Below are positions 50,346 to 63,329 of a stretch of 64,000 bases of DNA, piece after piece. The stretch spans positions 63,494 to 127,493 of the forward strand of contig NMRA01000596.1 of assembly GCA_002633005.1 (NCBI GenBank), given 5' to 3'. The stretch's first letter is position 1; the number at the start of each line of letters is the position of its first letter. This DNA comes from Phoronis australis. Lineage: Eukaryota; Animalia; Phoronida. Below the pieces are notes generated by a model that was given only the letters and a program-made list of their open reading frames with translations, did not search any database and was not told where the DNA came from. Both the position numbers and the translations under genes were made by a program.

Positions 50346-52077
50346 CTGTAAAAGATCACGGCAAAAAGATTCTTCGGATTCCCACGAATGCGTCACCACA
50401 TACATGTAGTACTTTGTTCCATTTTACGTCAATGTTTTATCGATTTATTAATAGAGACATTGGCGTCTTGTCTAAAACAACAAAGCCTTTTAATAGCAAA
50501 TGTTTGTGCTTGATTGACTTGGCCACTTAAAGTTCTTAAAATCATCGCTTTCGTATCAAAAACACAAAAACAACCCCACCAATACGCCAGCTATCAAATT
50601 AGAACTACCACAAACACTATCGGACGATATGTTCGTTAGCTGAACTCGAAGTACCACGATGTACAAGTAGAAACATACATGTACATGTACTACGTAAATT
50701 CAGGACAACCAATCACAACACAAGTCATCGTCTATTGTGTTTATTGTTAAAGATCGTCAGATATTGTTGTTCGTTTTTCCATTGGTTTACGGTATAATAA
50801 GGAATGGGGAGGCGTGGTAGATGTTAGAACTTAGTGTTTGTCCACGCGCCTGTAACTCTTCACTTTCCTAAGGGACTTCGGTCGCTTTCTTATTTGTTTT
50901 TTGGCATATTTTATTCCCTATTTCGATACGCAGCGCTATAAAGGAAAGTTTAATTAGGCTGACAATGCAACCGTTTGTCAAAACAGGTAAATGGGGATTT
51001 AAGTACTTTAAGGGGTCCTATTGGTTTAAAAGCTCCCTTGAGTCCTTAATAAGAACCGTTCATATGTCATAGTCCGTAGACCCGGCAGAATCTCAAAGTC
51101 AACATTTTTAAATTGTTTATTATATCAATCAGACAGTAAAAATAATACAAGTTCCTGCTCGCATATTGAAGGTATATGCAGTCAGTCAAATGCATCCTAT
51201 GCTTTTCACCATTCATATGCAGCAGGAGACAGAATCATTTCCTAGGAAATCACCAATGGTATTATAAGCCATTCTATCTGAAAAATTCGACCTTTCAAAT
51301 TTCGAATTGATTCATGAAGGTTACGGACCAATCTCTCTTTTAAAGTGTCGTTCATGCTGAACTAATGATTGTAGTACACTCGGTATTCGTAAGCTTAGCA
51401 ATTAAGCTGTTGCGATTATCCTCATTTGGAAAGCTGTTTAACTTATTTCACTTCTAATCTCCAGCATCACCAATAGAAGTATATATACTTTTGTTCAGGT
51501 CATTAAGAATTTAGGGCGTGAATTGCTTCAAGAGTTACAATGTCAAATTACCTACAATAAGGCAATCAATTATGTGATTTGCGTTTAGGTGCAAGAAATG
51601 AAGTAAAGCTAGTTAGTACACGTGATTAACGTGTTATGGATGGTGACATCTCGCAAAGTCTTGCGTGATTTTGCCGCACTTTCCATGTTTCTTGGTACTA
51701 CAGAACACAGTCGTTTCTTGACTCCTCAAATCGCAGCGCAGCAAAGGTCTCGAATCACGAATGCTCCTTAGGTCCGCAAAGCTAGACGAGCAGGACACTT
51801 CCATTCATCTCCCCGTTATTTTTCTTGAAACCACTGCAGTTAGGTTAGCTGAACTCTTTTAAATGCCATATTCAAAAACTTGTCAAGCATATCGCTGTAA
51901 TTTTCCACGAACGCTTCATTCATTGTGGCGAGTCATCCTATCACATGGAAGGTCTCCAAAGTTCTGGCTACCTATCACTTTCTAAATTAAGATTTAATGT
52001 ATGCTCTAGAGATTTATCCGAAAACCTTACGGCTTGGGTGAGGTATTCATTGGTGAAATAGCACATGTTATTTTTAC

Positions 52078-52216
52078 CTGAAGTCTGATGCAGACGACAC
52101 TTTATACTCAATTTTAAATGTCTGTGTGAATCCACCATTCCATTGCGCGTTCCAAGTTATTGCGACGCTGTTCGCTTTGATTTCAGTAACATTTAACGTC
52201 GGTGGTGCAGGGGGAC
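52078..52216 (-). CDS. Paralogue C exon 2 (FN3 N-half)
   Basis: GPPAPPTLNVTEIKANSVAITWNAQWNGGFTQTFKIEYKVSSASDF; 139 nt. Confidence 0.92.
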
Positions 52217-52629
52217 CTGTAGAAATTGAAAACAAGCGAATTTTACATACCCGAGTTCAGCCTAAAGGAAGCTACTCTAGGAGAATGATTCAGAACTGGC
52301 ATGCACGCATGGGATCCATCGTTAAAATTTGGCGAATGGGGCTGAATGTAATACGCATAACATGCAATAAAACCAAGGTGCAAGTAAAGTAACACGTATA
52401 AAGTACACAGTTATTCTCGGTACATGTTGACATGTTTTCAATTCAAGATCAAGTAATTGCTTAGCAGGCCTGCTAGGAATAAACAATAGATAATAACACA
52501 AAAGGTCCAATCTAAGATAGCCGCTTGTACGCTATAAGGCACTACTACATGTATCTGCGACAATAACCACTGACTATACATGTACGTGAAATTTACGCTC
52601 ATGGTTTGTGAACATTTATATTGGCTATA

Positions 52630-54870
52630 AGAGAGAGAAAGAGGAAGAGAAAAACACTTTTATTTACATTAAGACAGAATACAATGATTAAATAAATGCA
52701 ATTTAAATTAGGAGGCCTCCTAAAGGTTTTCGACCGCTAATAAGATGGGTTCTGTGTACAAAAAAAATAATTGGAAATGGAAAAATTGGTAGGATAACTG
52801 CATAAGAAAACAAAGTGAATTGGTGCTGAAACGACCGACTAGCCAGCAACCAAGAAGTGGACTAGCACAGCTCAGGAACACAGTTAGATACATGTACTGT
52901 TATATATGAAGCAATTTGACATATGACCAATTGGATCGTAGTTGCTAATTATAAAATTGCTTGAAAAACGTTTGTTTAATTATACATTTACTTAGAGCAG
53001 AGACTGGTATTGTGTTGCTGTTTTATAAGACGAGGAATTTCACATCTGATTCAGGCTCTTGATGACAATTTGATGGATGGGGGAAATAAAATTTTGGGTT
53101 GTATTATCGGAAAAGCATTAATGGGTATTTATTCAGGTATGTACATGTACATGTAGTAGTTTTAATGTGTTTGGTGGGTTTACATTGGATGGGTTTATCA
53201 AAGAAGTTGTTAGTGTAAAAATACTCAAGAAGCTGATTATTGAGGAATTTTTAATAAAATTTTGCAGTTGAGATTTTAGAGATGTCTTGAAATAGAGGGA
53301 GGCGAAGTTCATTACATATGGGCAGAGTGTGAGCATCATAACTGGAATTTGATACATTCCGAAGGATTCTGTTCTCTACTGTCTGGGGTTTCTTAGTGTT
53401 GCCAAAATCCCAAGTTGTAGGGTTGGGGTACAAATGAATTATATATTAACTTGAATTCTGGGAGAGAAAGATAGGATTTCAATTTATATATGAGTCCTCC
53501 GAGATAGTTAAATTTGTTTGTGTGGGGGAAATAACAAGGAGAGGGAAACTGTCCACATGACATATTATTGTGCTATTCATAAAAATGGTGGAAATAATAA
53601 GTGTTCAATTTTCTTTTGGAGGTAGTAGCAGATCACTAATTTACTTTTCGATGTATTAATTGGAACTTTGTTCACGGAAAACGGGACTGAAATAGATTTA
53701 AGGTTGTTTATTATGAAGAATGCTTGCTGTTAAGGTTCAGTCAGTGAGTAAGGTGTGACGAGACAAGTGTTGTCAGCATAGAGAAGTGTGTCCATGGAAG
53801 AAGAAAACGAAAAATCATTGAAAAAGAGAAGCGGGCCAAGGACAGAGCCTTGGGGACCTCCGGTAGATATTAATAAGCAACTGGAAGTTGTATCCCTTAG
53901 TGAAACATATCAGGTACTGTTTGAGAGATAATTCTTCAATGGTGTAAATATACATGTATATTCAACTCCAGAAATATCATAGTGATTCATCTTTTGTAAG
54001 AGTATTTGGCGGTCTATTGTGTAGAAAGCTTTAGAGAGATCGAGAAAGATGGCCAGGGGATTCGAAGTTCTGTAGAATGACATTTCCTGAAGTCACATTG
54101 ATCTTTACAAAGGATGTCATTTTCATTTGGGAAAGTTGAAAGTTATGAATGGGTAATTTTTCTATAATTTTTAGATTGTTGGGAGAATAGAAGTGGGTCT
54201 ATAATTGCCAGGGTGCTCTAAGTCAAAACCGTGTTGTTTAAAGACATGGAGTACCTTATCAGTCTGAAAGCATCTGGAAATATACCAGTGTGCAAGCATT
54301 GGTTAATGATGGTTGTGCGAGGTTCAATAATAAAACGTTGCTCATTTCGACAATTTTAGATGATAAGTTGTTATGACCAGTACTATTTTTGTGTCTTTGT
54401 CTCTTATAATATCTACTACATGTTTATTATAATGGGTTTGAAAGAGAATTTATATTTGTTTGGTGTGGGAATACAGTCTTTGAAATTCTTGTTGTCTGTT
54501 ATAGTTATTGATTCAGAAAGTGATGCACCGATTTAGGTAAAGTAGGTGTTGAATAAACTTGCCATTTCGGGTAAGTCACTGGTTTTCATGCTATCTGAAC
54601 GGAAGAGACATTCTGGGGTACCATCTTTTGTTAGTACGCCGTTGTTGATACTGTCTTTGTTGTGTCACATGCTTTATTCATGTCAGATTTCACTTTTTCA
54701 ATTGTGTCACGATAGTGAGGTTGCTTGGCAGAGTCAATAGTCTATTTAAGAATAATGTGTTTCTTATTTCTAACATTTTTGGACCAAAGTGTTTTTCGTG
54801 ACATTTGTCAAAGTATCACTGAGTATTGCGTAATTGTGATTAGGGACATTATCTAAGCTACGGTCTATAT
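52630..54870 (-). mobile_element. Degenerate CR1/L2-group LINE ORF2, 5'-truncated, in intron 1 of copy C only
   Basis: PGNYRPTSILP (~54180-54215); IFLDLSKAFYTID (~54015-54052); GGPQGSVLGPLLF..LLYADNT (~53765-53865); AATAAA and a CT-rich 3' tail at ~52630-52665. The flanks are contiguous in copy B (~38020). Confidence 0.88.
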
Positions 54871-55888
54871 AGCTTTCCACAACGCTGCACCGTCAAAAAG
54901 CTTTTCATTAAGAGCTCTTACTTTTAGAAGCCTTAACTTATCCCTTGCTTAGATTAGAGACGATTTCTGGGCTCAGGGTCCTATGACAGTTCCCTACTGC
55001 GTGGTAATACAGGCACTTTAAGGGACGAAGGTGGGTTTAACGTCGATGACCACTTTATACAAAAGGGCTTATTGGAAAACCGCCTGTTGGAATATACATG
55101 TACATCTGTACGTGTATGCGCATAGAGTTAATACTGGCATGATGCTCTTTTCATTAATCAGTGGCCCGTTGCCTGGCAGAGTACGAAGTAGGGCCACAAC
55201 TGTGTCCGTTTACATTTCACCGCATTGATTGACTTTTGAAAACAACAATTATTCATTCTAATGCACTTTATTACGCTCATTTGCAAGTTGTGGATTTGAT
55301 ATAAACCGTGAGGAAAATCTTATTTGTTGAATTCTCATTCTTATTGGAAATATATGTAAATAAGGATCTTTTCAGGAAACGCTTGTAATTTAAGGACTAC
55401 GTGTAATTTTCTATCTATTTTAATCAAATAGGCCTAATGTCACAGTTTTTAGATATATTATCATTGAGAAAGCCTCGTAAATGAAAAAAGAGTTCATAAT
55501 AAAGATGAAACATATGTGAGAACAAAGGCATATATTTAATTGTGGAGACGAATTAGGGAACTTAGTTGAGTCCTTATTGGGGACTGCTTCATGCAACCGG
55601 GCACACGGTCTGCATTTTATTTCCTAACACAGACTCGACTCAGCCAGCCTCAAAGTCGTAGCATTCAATAACAAGTTGCTAAGTTTTTTGGAGACGTGCG
55701 ATGCAACTGATTAATTTTCGAGTCAGGTTTCCAGTACAAAAATTATATTCTAGGCCTCGAATTTGTCGTTAGTGATCTTTATACAGAAGTAGGCTTCACT
55801 GAACTAACCATTTCACCATGGAAGAATAAAAAACATTAAAAGCGCAAACCGCATCTTTTATTTTTATGTAAAAAAGGTTTGGCCATAC

Positions 55889-56219
55889 CAAAATCCATAT
55901 TGATCCACTTCCACGTAGCATCATCCTCTAAAATAATGGTCGTCTGGTTATCACGCACGTGCAGGTCGTTGAGTTCACAAATGTTAGTACTCCGGTGAAA
56001 ATTAACCGACGAACAACGTCCCGTGGCACGATACTCCATGATACACAGATGTATGCAATGTGTGCTCTTTCTGCTCTCAAAAACTTTGTCGAGCAACGCT
56101 GCGTTAGTTAACCTCTTTCCGTCTCTAATTTCTGTGCTCTTGTAAAATGTTGCTGAGGCTTCGAACTTCAACGCAATGCCAAAAAAATAGAATGAAAACA
56201 CTGATACTTGTAAATGCAT
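55889..56219 (-). CDS. Paralogue C exon 1 (signal peptide + PAN/Apple)
   Basis: MHLQVSVFSFYFFGIALKFEASA..HCIHLC..CSSVNF..CELN; G|gtatgg donor; 331 nt. Confidence 0.92.
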
Positions 56220-58018
56220 GATGCTCCTTCAGTGTAGCTGAAGCCTAATGCATGACCTGTTCTGCAGGCTATACAGTGAGATCGATAATCGCGGAAAGAC
56301 GTCTCGTTCTAAAAAAACAAGTGAAAGCGCGGGCGGATGTTTAACTTGACACATGTGCCCCTTTGAAGACATCACATTCATGAACTAAGTGAATAACGTT
56401 TCGCGGTCCATTGTGGAAAAATTATCATAGCAAGTGGCAAAACCTAGCCTTCGTTTCCGATTAACAGTGAAATGCGTAAATAGCAATGGATAAGTAGAAC
56501 TACAGGCAAATTCACGTTACTCCGGATATACATGTACACGTAGTTTGTAACTTAATCTTAAGTTATATTGAGTACTATTCGGCGGACCAAGATAAAGTGG
56601 AGTTCTAAGCTCAACAATAACACCTACACTATATAAGTTACGTTCATACAGTATCACAGTGAAACCGTAGAGAGCAAGGCATACTATAAAAATAGACTAA
56701 CTTTACGACTTGGGGGTTTTTTGAACATCACGAACAAATATCAAAACAATTGACACCATTTTTGTGAAACAGGTGAAACAATCAATATCAACTTTGAGGT
56801 TCGGTGTCGAGTAAAGCAGATAAAACAACATACATGTAAGCAGTTAAAACAGGTCAACAAACTTATTCTCGATCGCACAAAAGATTATTGATAATCTTGC
56901 CGCAGAGTGCTTAAGTACAGACTGCAAGTATTGCTGTCTGGGCTTCTCTTTCCGTAGACGCAAGACACTGCCGAGTAAAGCTGGTGTGATCACGCTTTCA
57001 CTAATGCAATCGAACTTGTTAGAGCTTGAGATTTGTGAATACTCATTTCATTTACCATTGCTCTTTTAAGGAACCGGTGTCCCACAATTCTTTCCAGATA
57101 TTCACAAATCTCTAACCGTAAAAAGGGCAATGAATGACGATATCTTGAGAGAACTTGCGAGATCTTTAGTTTTCGCGAATTTCTTGCGTCTGCGGAAGGC
57201 AGGCCAATTCTTTTGCAATCTACCGTACAATAATGGACACTACCGGGGATTTTCAGTCATTTTACTGAAGTAACTTCGCGTCCAAAATGAAAAAGATATC
57301 TTGCTGCCCTTTTGCAACTTCTATTGGCGTGCGAAAATACCGATCAGGAGCCATGAGATATTAGGGTTGTGAGAGGATTTTATGTCGTCAGCTTGGCTTC
57401 TACAAGGGCAATATGGAGAAGTTTTTGTTGCCACGCCATTAGTTTGAAATACTGTAGCGGTAATTTTCAAGATTAAAAGTAAGAAAATATTAATATGTTG
57501 CTCACATTTCCTACATGCAGCAGACACGCCAAAAACATTCCGAATAAGCCCCCAAAGGCACGTGGTTTTTTCGAACATCGTTTCAGACGCATCAAGCCCT
57601 AGCTCACGAAGTTTTTGGTGAGGAAATTCTGTTTTGGAAATTTAATAAGTATACTTTACTTAGAGTTAAATAATAAGTATACAGCAGTCTAAATATTTAA
57701 CTGCCACATTTCTACATAAAGTGGCATCGATAACCATGCAGTCAGTAGTTAAAAGGCTACTCGAGACTCCGAACAAAATGGGATTGGCAGAATCATAACA
57801 AAATACTCTATATGTATCAACCAGACGGTGCTGTATCCATAACCTACAAAAAACAACCCTATTACCTCAGAACTTACGTCTGCCAATAAATATCTCAATT
57901 CTGTCAGAAATTTACTGTACATTATTATACAAACGGGCGACTGCGTACTACGAAGCATTCTCGGGGAGGTGAACATCCGTGCGACTATGACGTAAAAAGT
58001 AAGAAACCGTCGTCGCTC

Positions 58019-58476
58019 AAATGGGTGAACGTTGCGCTCTTAAATTACTTGCGTAAGTTAATCCTTTTTAAGAGGCGTAAAGTATTTATTTGCGGCGTTA
58101 AGTAACTTTTAACGCCGCAACTAATTACTTATCGCGGTAAAGTAATAATTACTTTACGCCGTAAATAATTACTTTACGCCTCAAATTATTACTGTACGCC
58201 GTAATTAATTACTGTACGCCCCAAATAAATACTTTACGTCGTAAAAAGTTACTTTACGCCGAAAATAATGACTTTACGCGCAAATAATTACTTACGCCAC
58301 AAATAGCTACTTACGCCTCAAATTATTACTTTACGATGTAAATAATTACTCTGCGCCTCAAATGATTACACGTACTTTACGTCGTTAAAGTTTCTTTACG
58401 TCGCAAGTACGTATTTTACGCCTTTACCAAGAATTAACTTATACACGTAATTTAATAGCGTAGGGGTCAACTATTT
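58019..58476. mobile_element. Foldback-like element: ~60-bp imperfect TIRs enclosing a ~21-bp tandem array
   Basis: Left end AAATGGGTGAACGTTGCGCTCTTAAATTACTTGCGTAAGTTAAT matches the reverse complement of the right end, AAATAGTTGACCCCTACGCTATTAAATTACGTGTATAAGTTAAT. Internal units resemble AATAATTACTTTACGCCGTAA, with the first few inverted. Confidence 0.8.
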
Positions 58477-60190
58477 GGCCAAAGATACGAAGCAGTGACC
58501 GACGCTTTATGATACCGAAGAATATCCCAGAGATGATAAGTAAAAGTTACATTAACATACGGCAGCTTAAAACAGAACTGGAAACAAACTGAATCAGTGA
58601 AGTAGAAGACAGATAAAATGTACCGCATGTTACTGTACTACAAGAGGTGCGGTTAGCACGTTATCAGTTATGGTTAATCTAAACAATTTCGCACCATGAC
58701 CATTTGAATGTTAAGTGATCTGCGTAGCTACATTTGCGCAGCATGTCGGTTTTGACCATTGTTTGAAGGAATTAACATGATTCTGTAATGTAGTTTTCTA
58801 TTGTTTATTCGACATGCACCGATACGAGTTAAATATCGACAGTGCCGAATTTAATGCTGATCAAAACAATTAGGTTTAGCGTAAACACAGAGTCCGTTCT
58901 ATTACCGTGAATTCGAGCATCGATCATCCGCACTCAAACCGCTTGTCATCGGTAGGTTATTAACGGATTCGTGCGATTGATTCTGCTCGTGAGGATCAGT
59001 TAATGCAATCTACGTGGAGTGTGACGTTTTCCGGCAAGTATATGATATTACAGTTCGCATGACTGATATTAAGTGCTTCATGTGGTTAAAGGGGGCGCTC
59101 GTGCTGCACACGAATACGGAATTCTGATTATTTGAAAAGGATTTACAGAAACGAGACGTAATTCACTGTAGTACAATTATCTTTCAAAGACTGCATGTGG
59201 GCTCTGCCTCCACGATTTGATAGGCCTACGCGTAAAATTGCTGCATCGGATTGCCTCACAAGTCATAACGCGCTGAAAGATAGCCTGATTTCCCGTAGAT
59301 AAGCCCACGCGGGTGTATTCGGAAAATGAAAATTCTCAGGCGTTTTAGCAACACCAAATAAACACCCGTGCGTTTATTCGGAAAAGGGGAGCGTGTAAAC
59401 GGAAAGACACAGCTTTGGCTACGCAAAGACTAGCGTGGACTTGATACACATAGGAATGGATTAAGAAGTTTTTTGACTTTGTCATTTTTGCTTAAATCTG
59501 TGCGTGGGTTTTATTGTGCAAGGAGAAAACCGAGTTGGTTCGTACAGAAATGTTAATAAATGCATGGTCGCCTACACTTTGCTCGTTTTTATAAATGATG
59601 AATTCTCCACAAATCTAAATTTGTGACTAACAGCTGACGCTGAGAGGGCTTTTAAGGCAAAATTTCCGAATATTTGGTTTTACAACTTCTAGTGTCAGGT
59701 GTCCAGATAGTGAGGCGTTCATACTATTTTCTGATTGAACGCCCATGGGCTTATCTACTGAAAATCACGGTGTCACACTTTTTGGGAGGCTCAGAAGTCA
59801 TAGTATTCGATTTGACGTTTGATGTGGATCACGTAGCCTACCATTCAAATCGTTGAACTCACGAGATCGCTGGTCAATCACTGAGCGTTCGACACGCGAC
59901 TGTGTGGAACCAACCTGACGGATCAAATTCAGGCCGGGGCAAACGACCTCGCTGTTCCGAAATACTACAGCATCAATGCCTGCAGTGAAATTCTTGAAAT
60001 TCTCCTGGATTGTGTTGCACAGTTTGTGTGAATCCATAGGCTTTATTGTGAAAGATGCCCACACACGAAATTTACGGGTAGCGTTGCCTCAGTATCCCCA
60101 GTCTCTAACTTTCGTGAGATACATGTGACTTGTATTTATCGCCTTTTATGTTTGCTTGGACGACTGCTGACCTCCAGTCATAGATCCGCA

Positions 60191-60191
60191 T

Positions 60192-60232
<41 letters not shown>

Positions 60233-60285
60233 TATACATATATATATACATATACACATATATATATATATACATATATATATAC

Positions 60286-60316
<31 letters not shown>

Positions 60317-60434
60317 AATATATAAATATATATATATATATATATATGTTTATACATATATATATACATATACACATATATATATATATACATATATATA
60401 TACATATATATATATACATATATATATATATNCG

Positions 60435-60476
<42 letters not shown>

Positions 60477-60542
60477 CATATATATATGTGTGTGTGTGTG
60501 TGTGTATATATGTTTATGTGTGTGTGTGTGTGTATATATGTT

Positions 60543-60576
<34 letters not shown>
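60191..60576. repeat. Compound (TA)n/(TACA)n/(TG)n microsatellite containing an N
   Basis: Directly visible. Confidence 0.98.
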
Positions 60577-60577
<1 letters not shown>

Positions 60578-62256
60578 TAACACAATCGATCAACTTATCG
60601 ATGAAAAACAAAGACGCGGACTTTCTTATACACCATTGATTTCCTATCGCACTATTGGTTATACAATGCACTAAATATGAATTTGGAAGTATTGAACAAA
60701 ACACTTCTTCATTAAGTAGGCCTAATTAAGAAGTGCACACCCATTGGACATGACACATTGCTTGGCAAAACACTAGTAACAGATGATAGAATACCATTAT
60801 AGTAGAACAGGAATCACTTTCTTCACGGGTCTGTTTCATGAAAATCTGAAGTTCCGCGTCACTATCAAAAATAATTTACAGAAATTATATAACATGTGCA
60901 TATTCCCACCAAGCGAGATTTAATTATTTTTTCAGAAATAGATGTTTAGAGACTACGACTAGAAACAGTTAAGCATTAGAAGCTTGAGGCAGTTTAATTA
61001 ACCACAACAACATGAGGTCTTTGACACAAAGAGTCAATTCTTGAGGTGGGTGAACCGGTTGAGTTGCCCAATCTCGACCGGTTTGGGTTTCAATGTAGGA
61101 TTCCGGTGATGGAACGGCTCTGATGAAGCTTAACATGAATTATAGTCTCATTAAATTATGAATGTGCATATGAAGTACTAATTTACAAACGACCCCGGAT
61201 CCTGCAGTTTGCCGGGAATACCCGAGAACCAGTTACCTTGACAATCTCTCGAAAGTCTCGTTTTGTGAGACTTTTATATAGAATATCGAGTAATATATCA
61301 TGGTCACCTTTATGAAGCAAAGCACATTTCTTATTATTTGTTTATTTCACTATCAAATAATGATGGTGCCATATTTAGAATTTCTAGGGTTCTATATATG
61401 TTCGCGCTTAATTGATTTTAAGTGTATCAAATGTGGTGTTTTCTTTAAAAAACACAGTTTATTTACCAATTGTTTCTATTCCTGGTAATACTTATACACA
61501 CTAGGTGGCGCTTGCTACAATTTTAAATATTCAAGGTTTTAATAGACAGAGCATCTTTAAGATAATCTCCTCTTAGGTTATAATGGGAGTTTGTAGACAG
61601 GAGTTCCGAAACAAATTTTGAGTTAAAATTCGTACACGAATTAAGTTGGAACAGAGCACGACTGACTATGCTCTGCCGACTTTCACTCCGCATCCGCTCA
61701 GCCATTACTGAGATACGGCGTTCCGAAACAAGCCAACACTTTAAAGTTTGCGACTCTATTTCTTCTTCAATCAATCTCGAGTTCAAGCTTGATGCTTCTC
61801 GATTTCAAATGTAACAAAATATTCTCATGATAGCAGAGATATGAAACTCAAGCGCCAAACAAAGCACTGAACAGATATTAGGACGAAAACCCAACAGAGT
61901 CGAAATTCTGAGCACTTTTTGTTGCGTAAAAATTGGAACAATAGGGTAATGTTGACGACGAGTATAAGAGACTATATTCAGTCGTCAGTTGTCGTAAACA
62001 AGACAGTGTAAGAATGGAAATATTAAAAAGTTAGAAACTTTAAAACATAAATATTAAAAACGTTTAATGTCACAAACACTTCCAATACACAATTGCAAAT
62101 ATAAAGTTTAAAATAAGGCACTCACAATTTTGTTTTTCTATTTAGAGAAAATTAAACATTAAATAAATGTTGGTGACAAATCGTTACTGGTGATGTTTGG
62201 GTAGAGGTCGGGTAAATGAATCAGCTGTCAACACCCTCCGTTTGGCAATTCAGGAC

Positions 62257-62328
62257 CATGGGCGGAGCATCATTGGGGTCTGGAGGGCTATAGCCCCCCA
62301 ACACTTTTTTCAGTGTTGCGCCGCCCGT
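62257..62328. repeat. Possible tiny hAT-like MITE
   Basis: CATGGGCGGAGCA...TGCGCCGCCCGT ends with an internal GGGCTATAGCCC palindrome. Confidence 0.4.
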
Positions 62329-62829
62329 TAGGACTAATCCATCATCATGTCAGGCGTGTCCCTTTACCAAAACATCCTAACACAGTGCGTCAAATTTTCG
62401 CACTCTGGTCTTCCTTTCTGCTAATCACAGGCACTACAGGTAAGCTGTATTTTCACCTGCTGATGTCGTTTAATCTTAGAACAAAAGAATAAAGATAAGT
62501 CCACAATGCAACACTATGTTAATCACTCGTCTAGTAGACAACACTCAAGGCACTTCAATCACAATGCTAAGAGTTTTTCAAGAATGGCTCAAGAGTTCCA
62601 AACACCGTTCAAAACTTTTTCAATACGGTGAAGCACGATCTTTAAATACTTGTAGGGAGGACGCTAGGTTTACCACTGCCGGTATCATTTACGACTAAAT
62701 CGAGTGTGTTAACAGGTGTTTTGTGACAACGTTTTGTAAACAACGTTTTCTAGTGGAATAAGAAGACTGTTGCACGCAAAAGTCCTGTATGACAATCGAA
62801 GTGCATTTACAAGACATAAGTACACTCTA

Positions 62830-62889
62830 CCTCTCCCTCCCTCTCCCTCCCTCTCCCTCTCCCCCTCTCCCCCTCCCCCCTCCCCCCTC
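62830..62889. repeat. C/T-rich simple repeat
   Basis: (CTCTCCCTCC)-like units. Confidence 0.85.
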
Positions 62890-63260
62890 TGAAGCATATA
62901 GAAAACGATCGTTTATGATGTGTTTGATTTTAGTATGCAAGATTTGCACACCCCGTTAATCCTATCGGGCTTGGGTGACTCTGGGCCCGCCTGTATTTCT
63001 CATCAATGGATAGGTTTATATAGGCGCCCTCGGTATTTCCCGACAAACACTCAGCGGTTATTGATCCGCATGCCTAAATTTATCATCATTATCGAATATC
63101 CTGTATGCGAAAAATTCAAAACTCAGTTATGTCGATGTAATCACGTTGATTTACCATTACAGAACAACGTGTTTGCTGGGAAAACAAAAGCATTAAATAT
63201 TAACTTGATTGGTATCGTTTCAAAGTTCGGACCGCCACTCTCAGGGCAGTGTGCTTTGGN

Positions 63261-63329
63261 TCTCTCTCCCTCTCTCTCTCTCTCGCTCTTCCTCTCTCTC
63301 CCCCACTCCCTTCCTCCTTCCCTCCCTCT
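63261..63329. repeat. (CT)n-rich simple repeat next to an N
   Basis: Directly visible. Confidence 0.85.

Larger units (their letters stand above)
45555..56219 (-). other. Gene span, paralogue C: secreted PAN-FN3-Caspr-type fibrinogen/COLFI-like protein, 409 aa
   Basis: join(56219-55889, 52216-52078, 50345-50182, 48983-48829, 46814-46538, 45718-45555) = 1230 nt; GT-AG junctions, open frame. Confidence 0.92.

Noticed and set aside
5881-56219. Calling the array contactin-associated protein / neurexin IV orthologues
   Set aside because: Only the fibrinogen-like module is shared. No discoidin, LamG, EGF or TM exons were found, and each copy has its own signal peptide, with a stop and poly(A) signal seen in B and C.
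58060-58420. CRISPR-like array
   Set aside because: Units are contiguous degenerate 21-mers without unique spacers, there are no cas genes, and the array is enclosed by TIRs.
60105-60704. Several YI/CV/TH-rich ORFs
   Set aside because: Translations of the (TA)n/(TG)n microsatellite.
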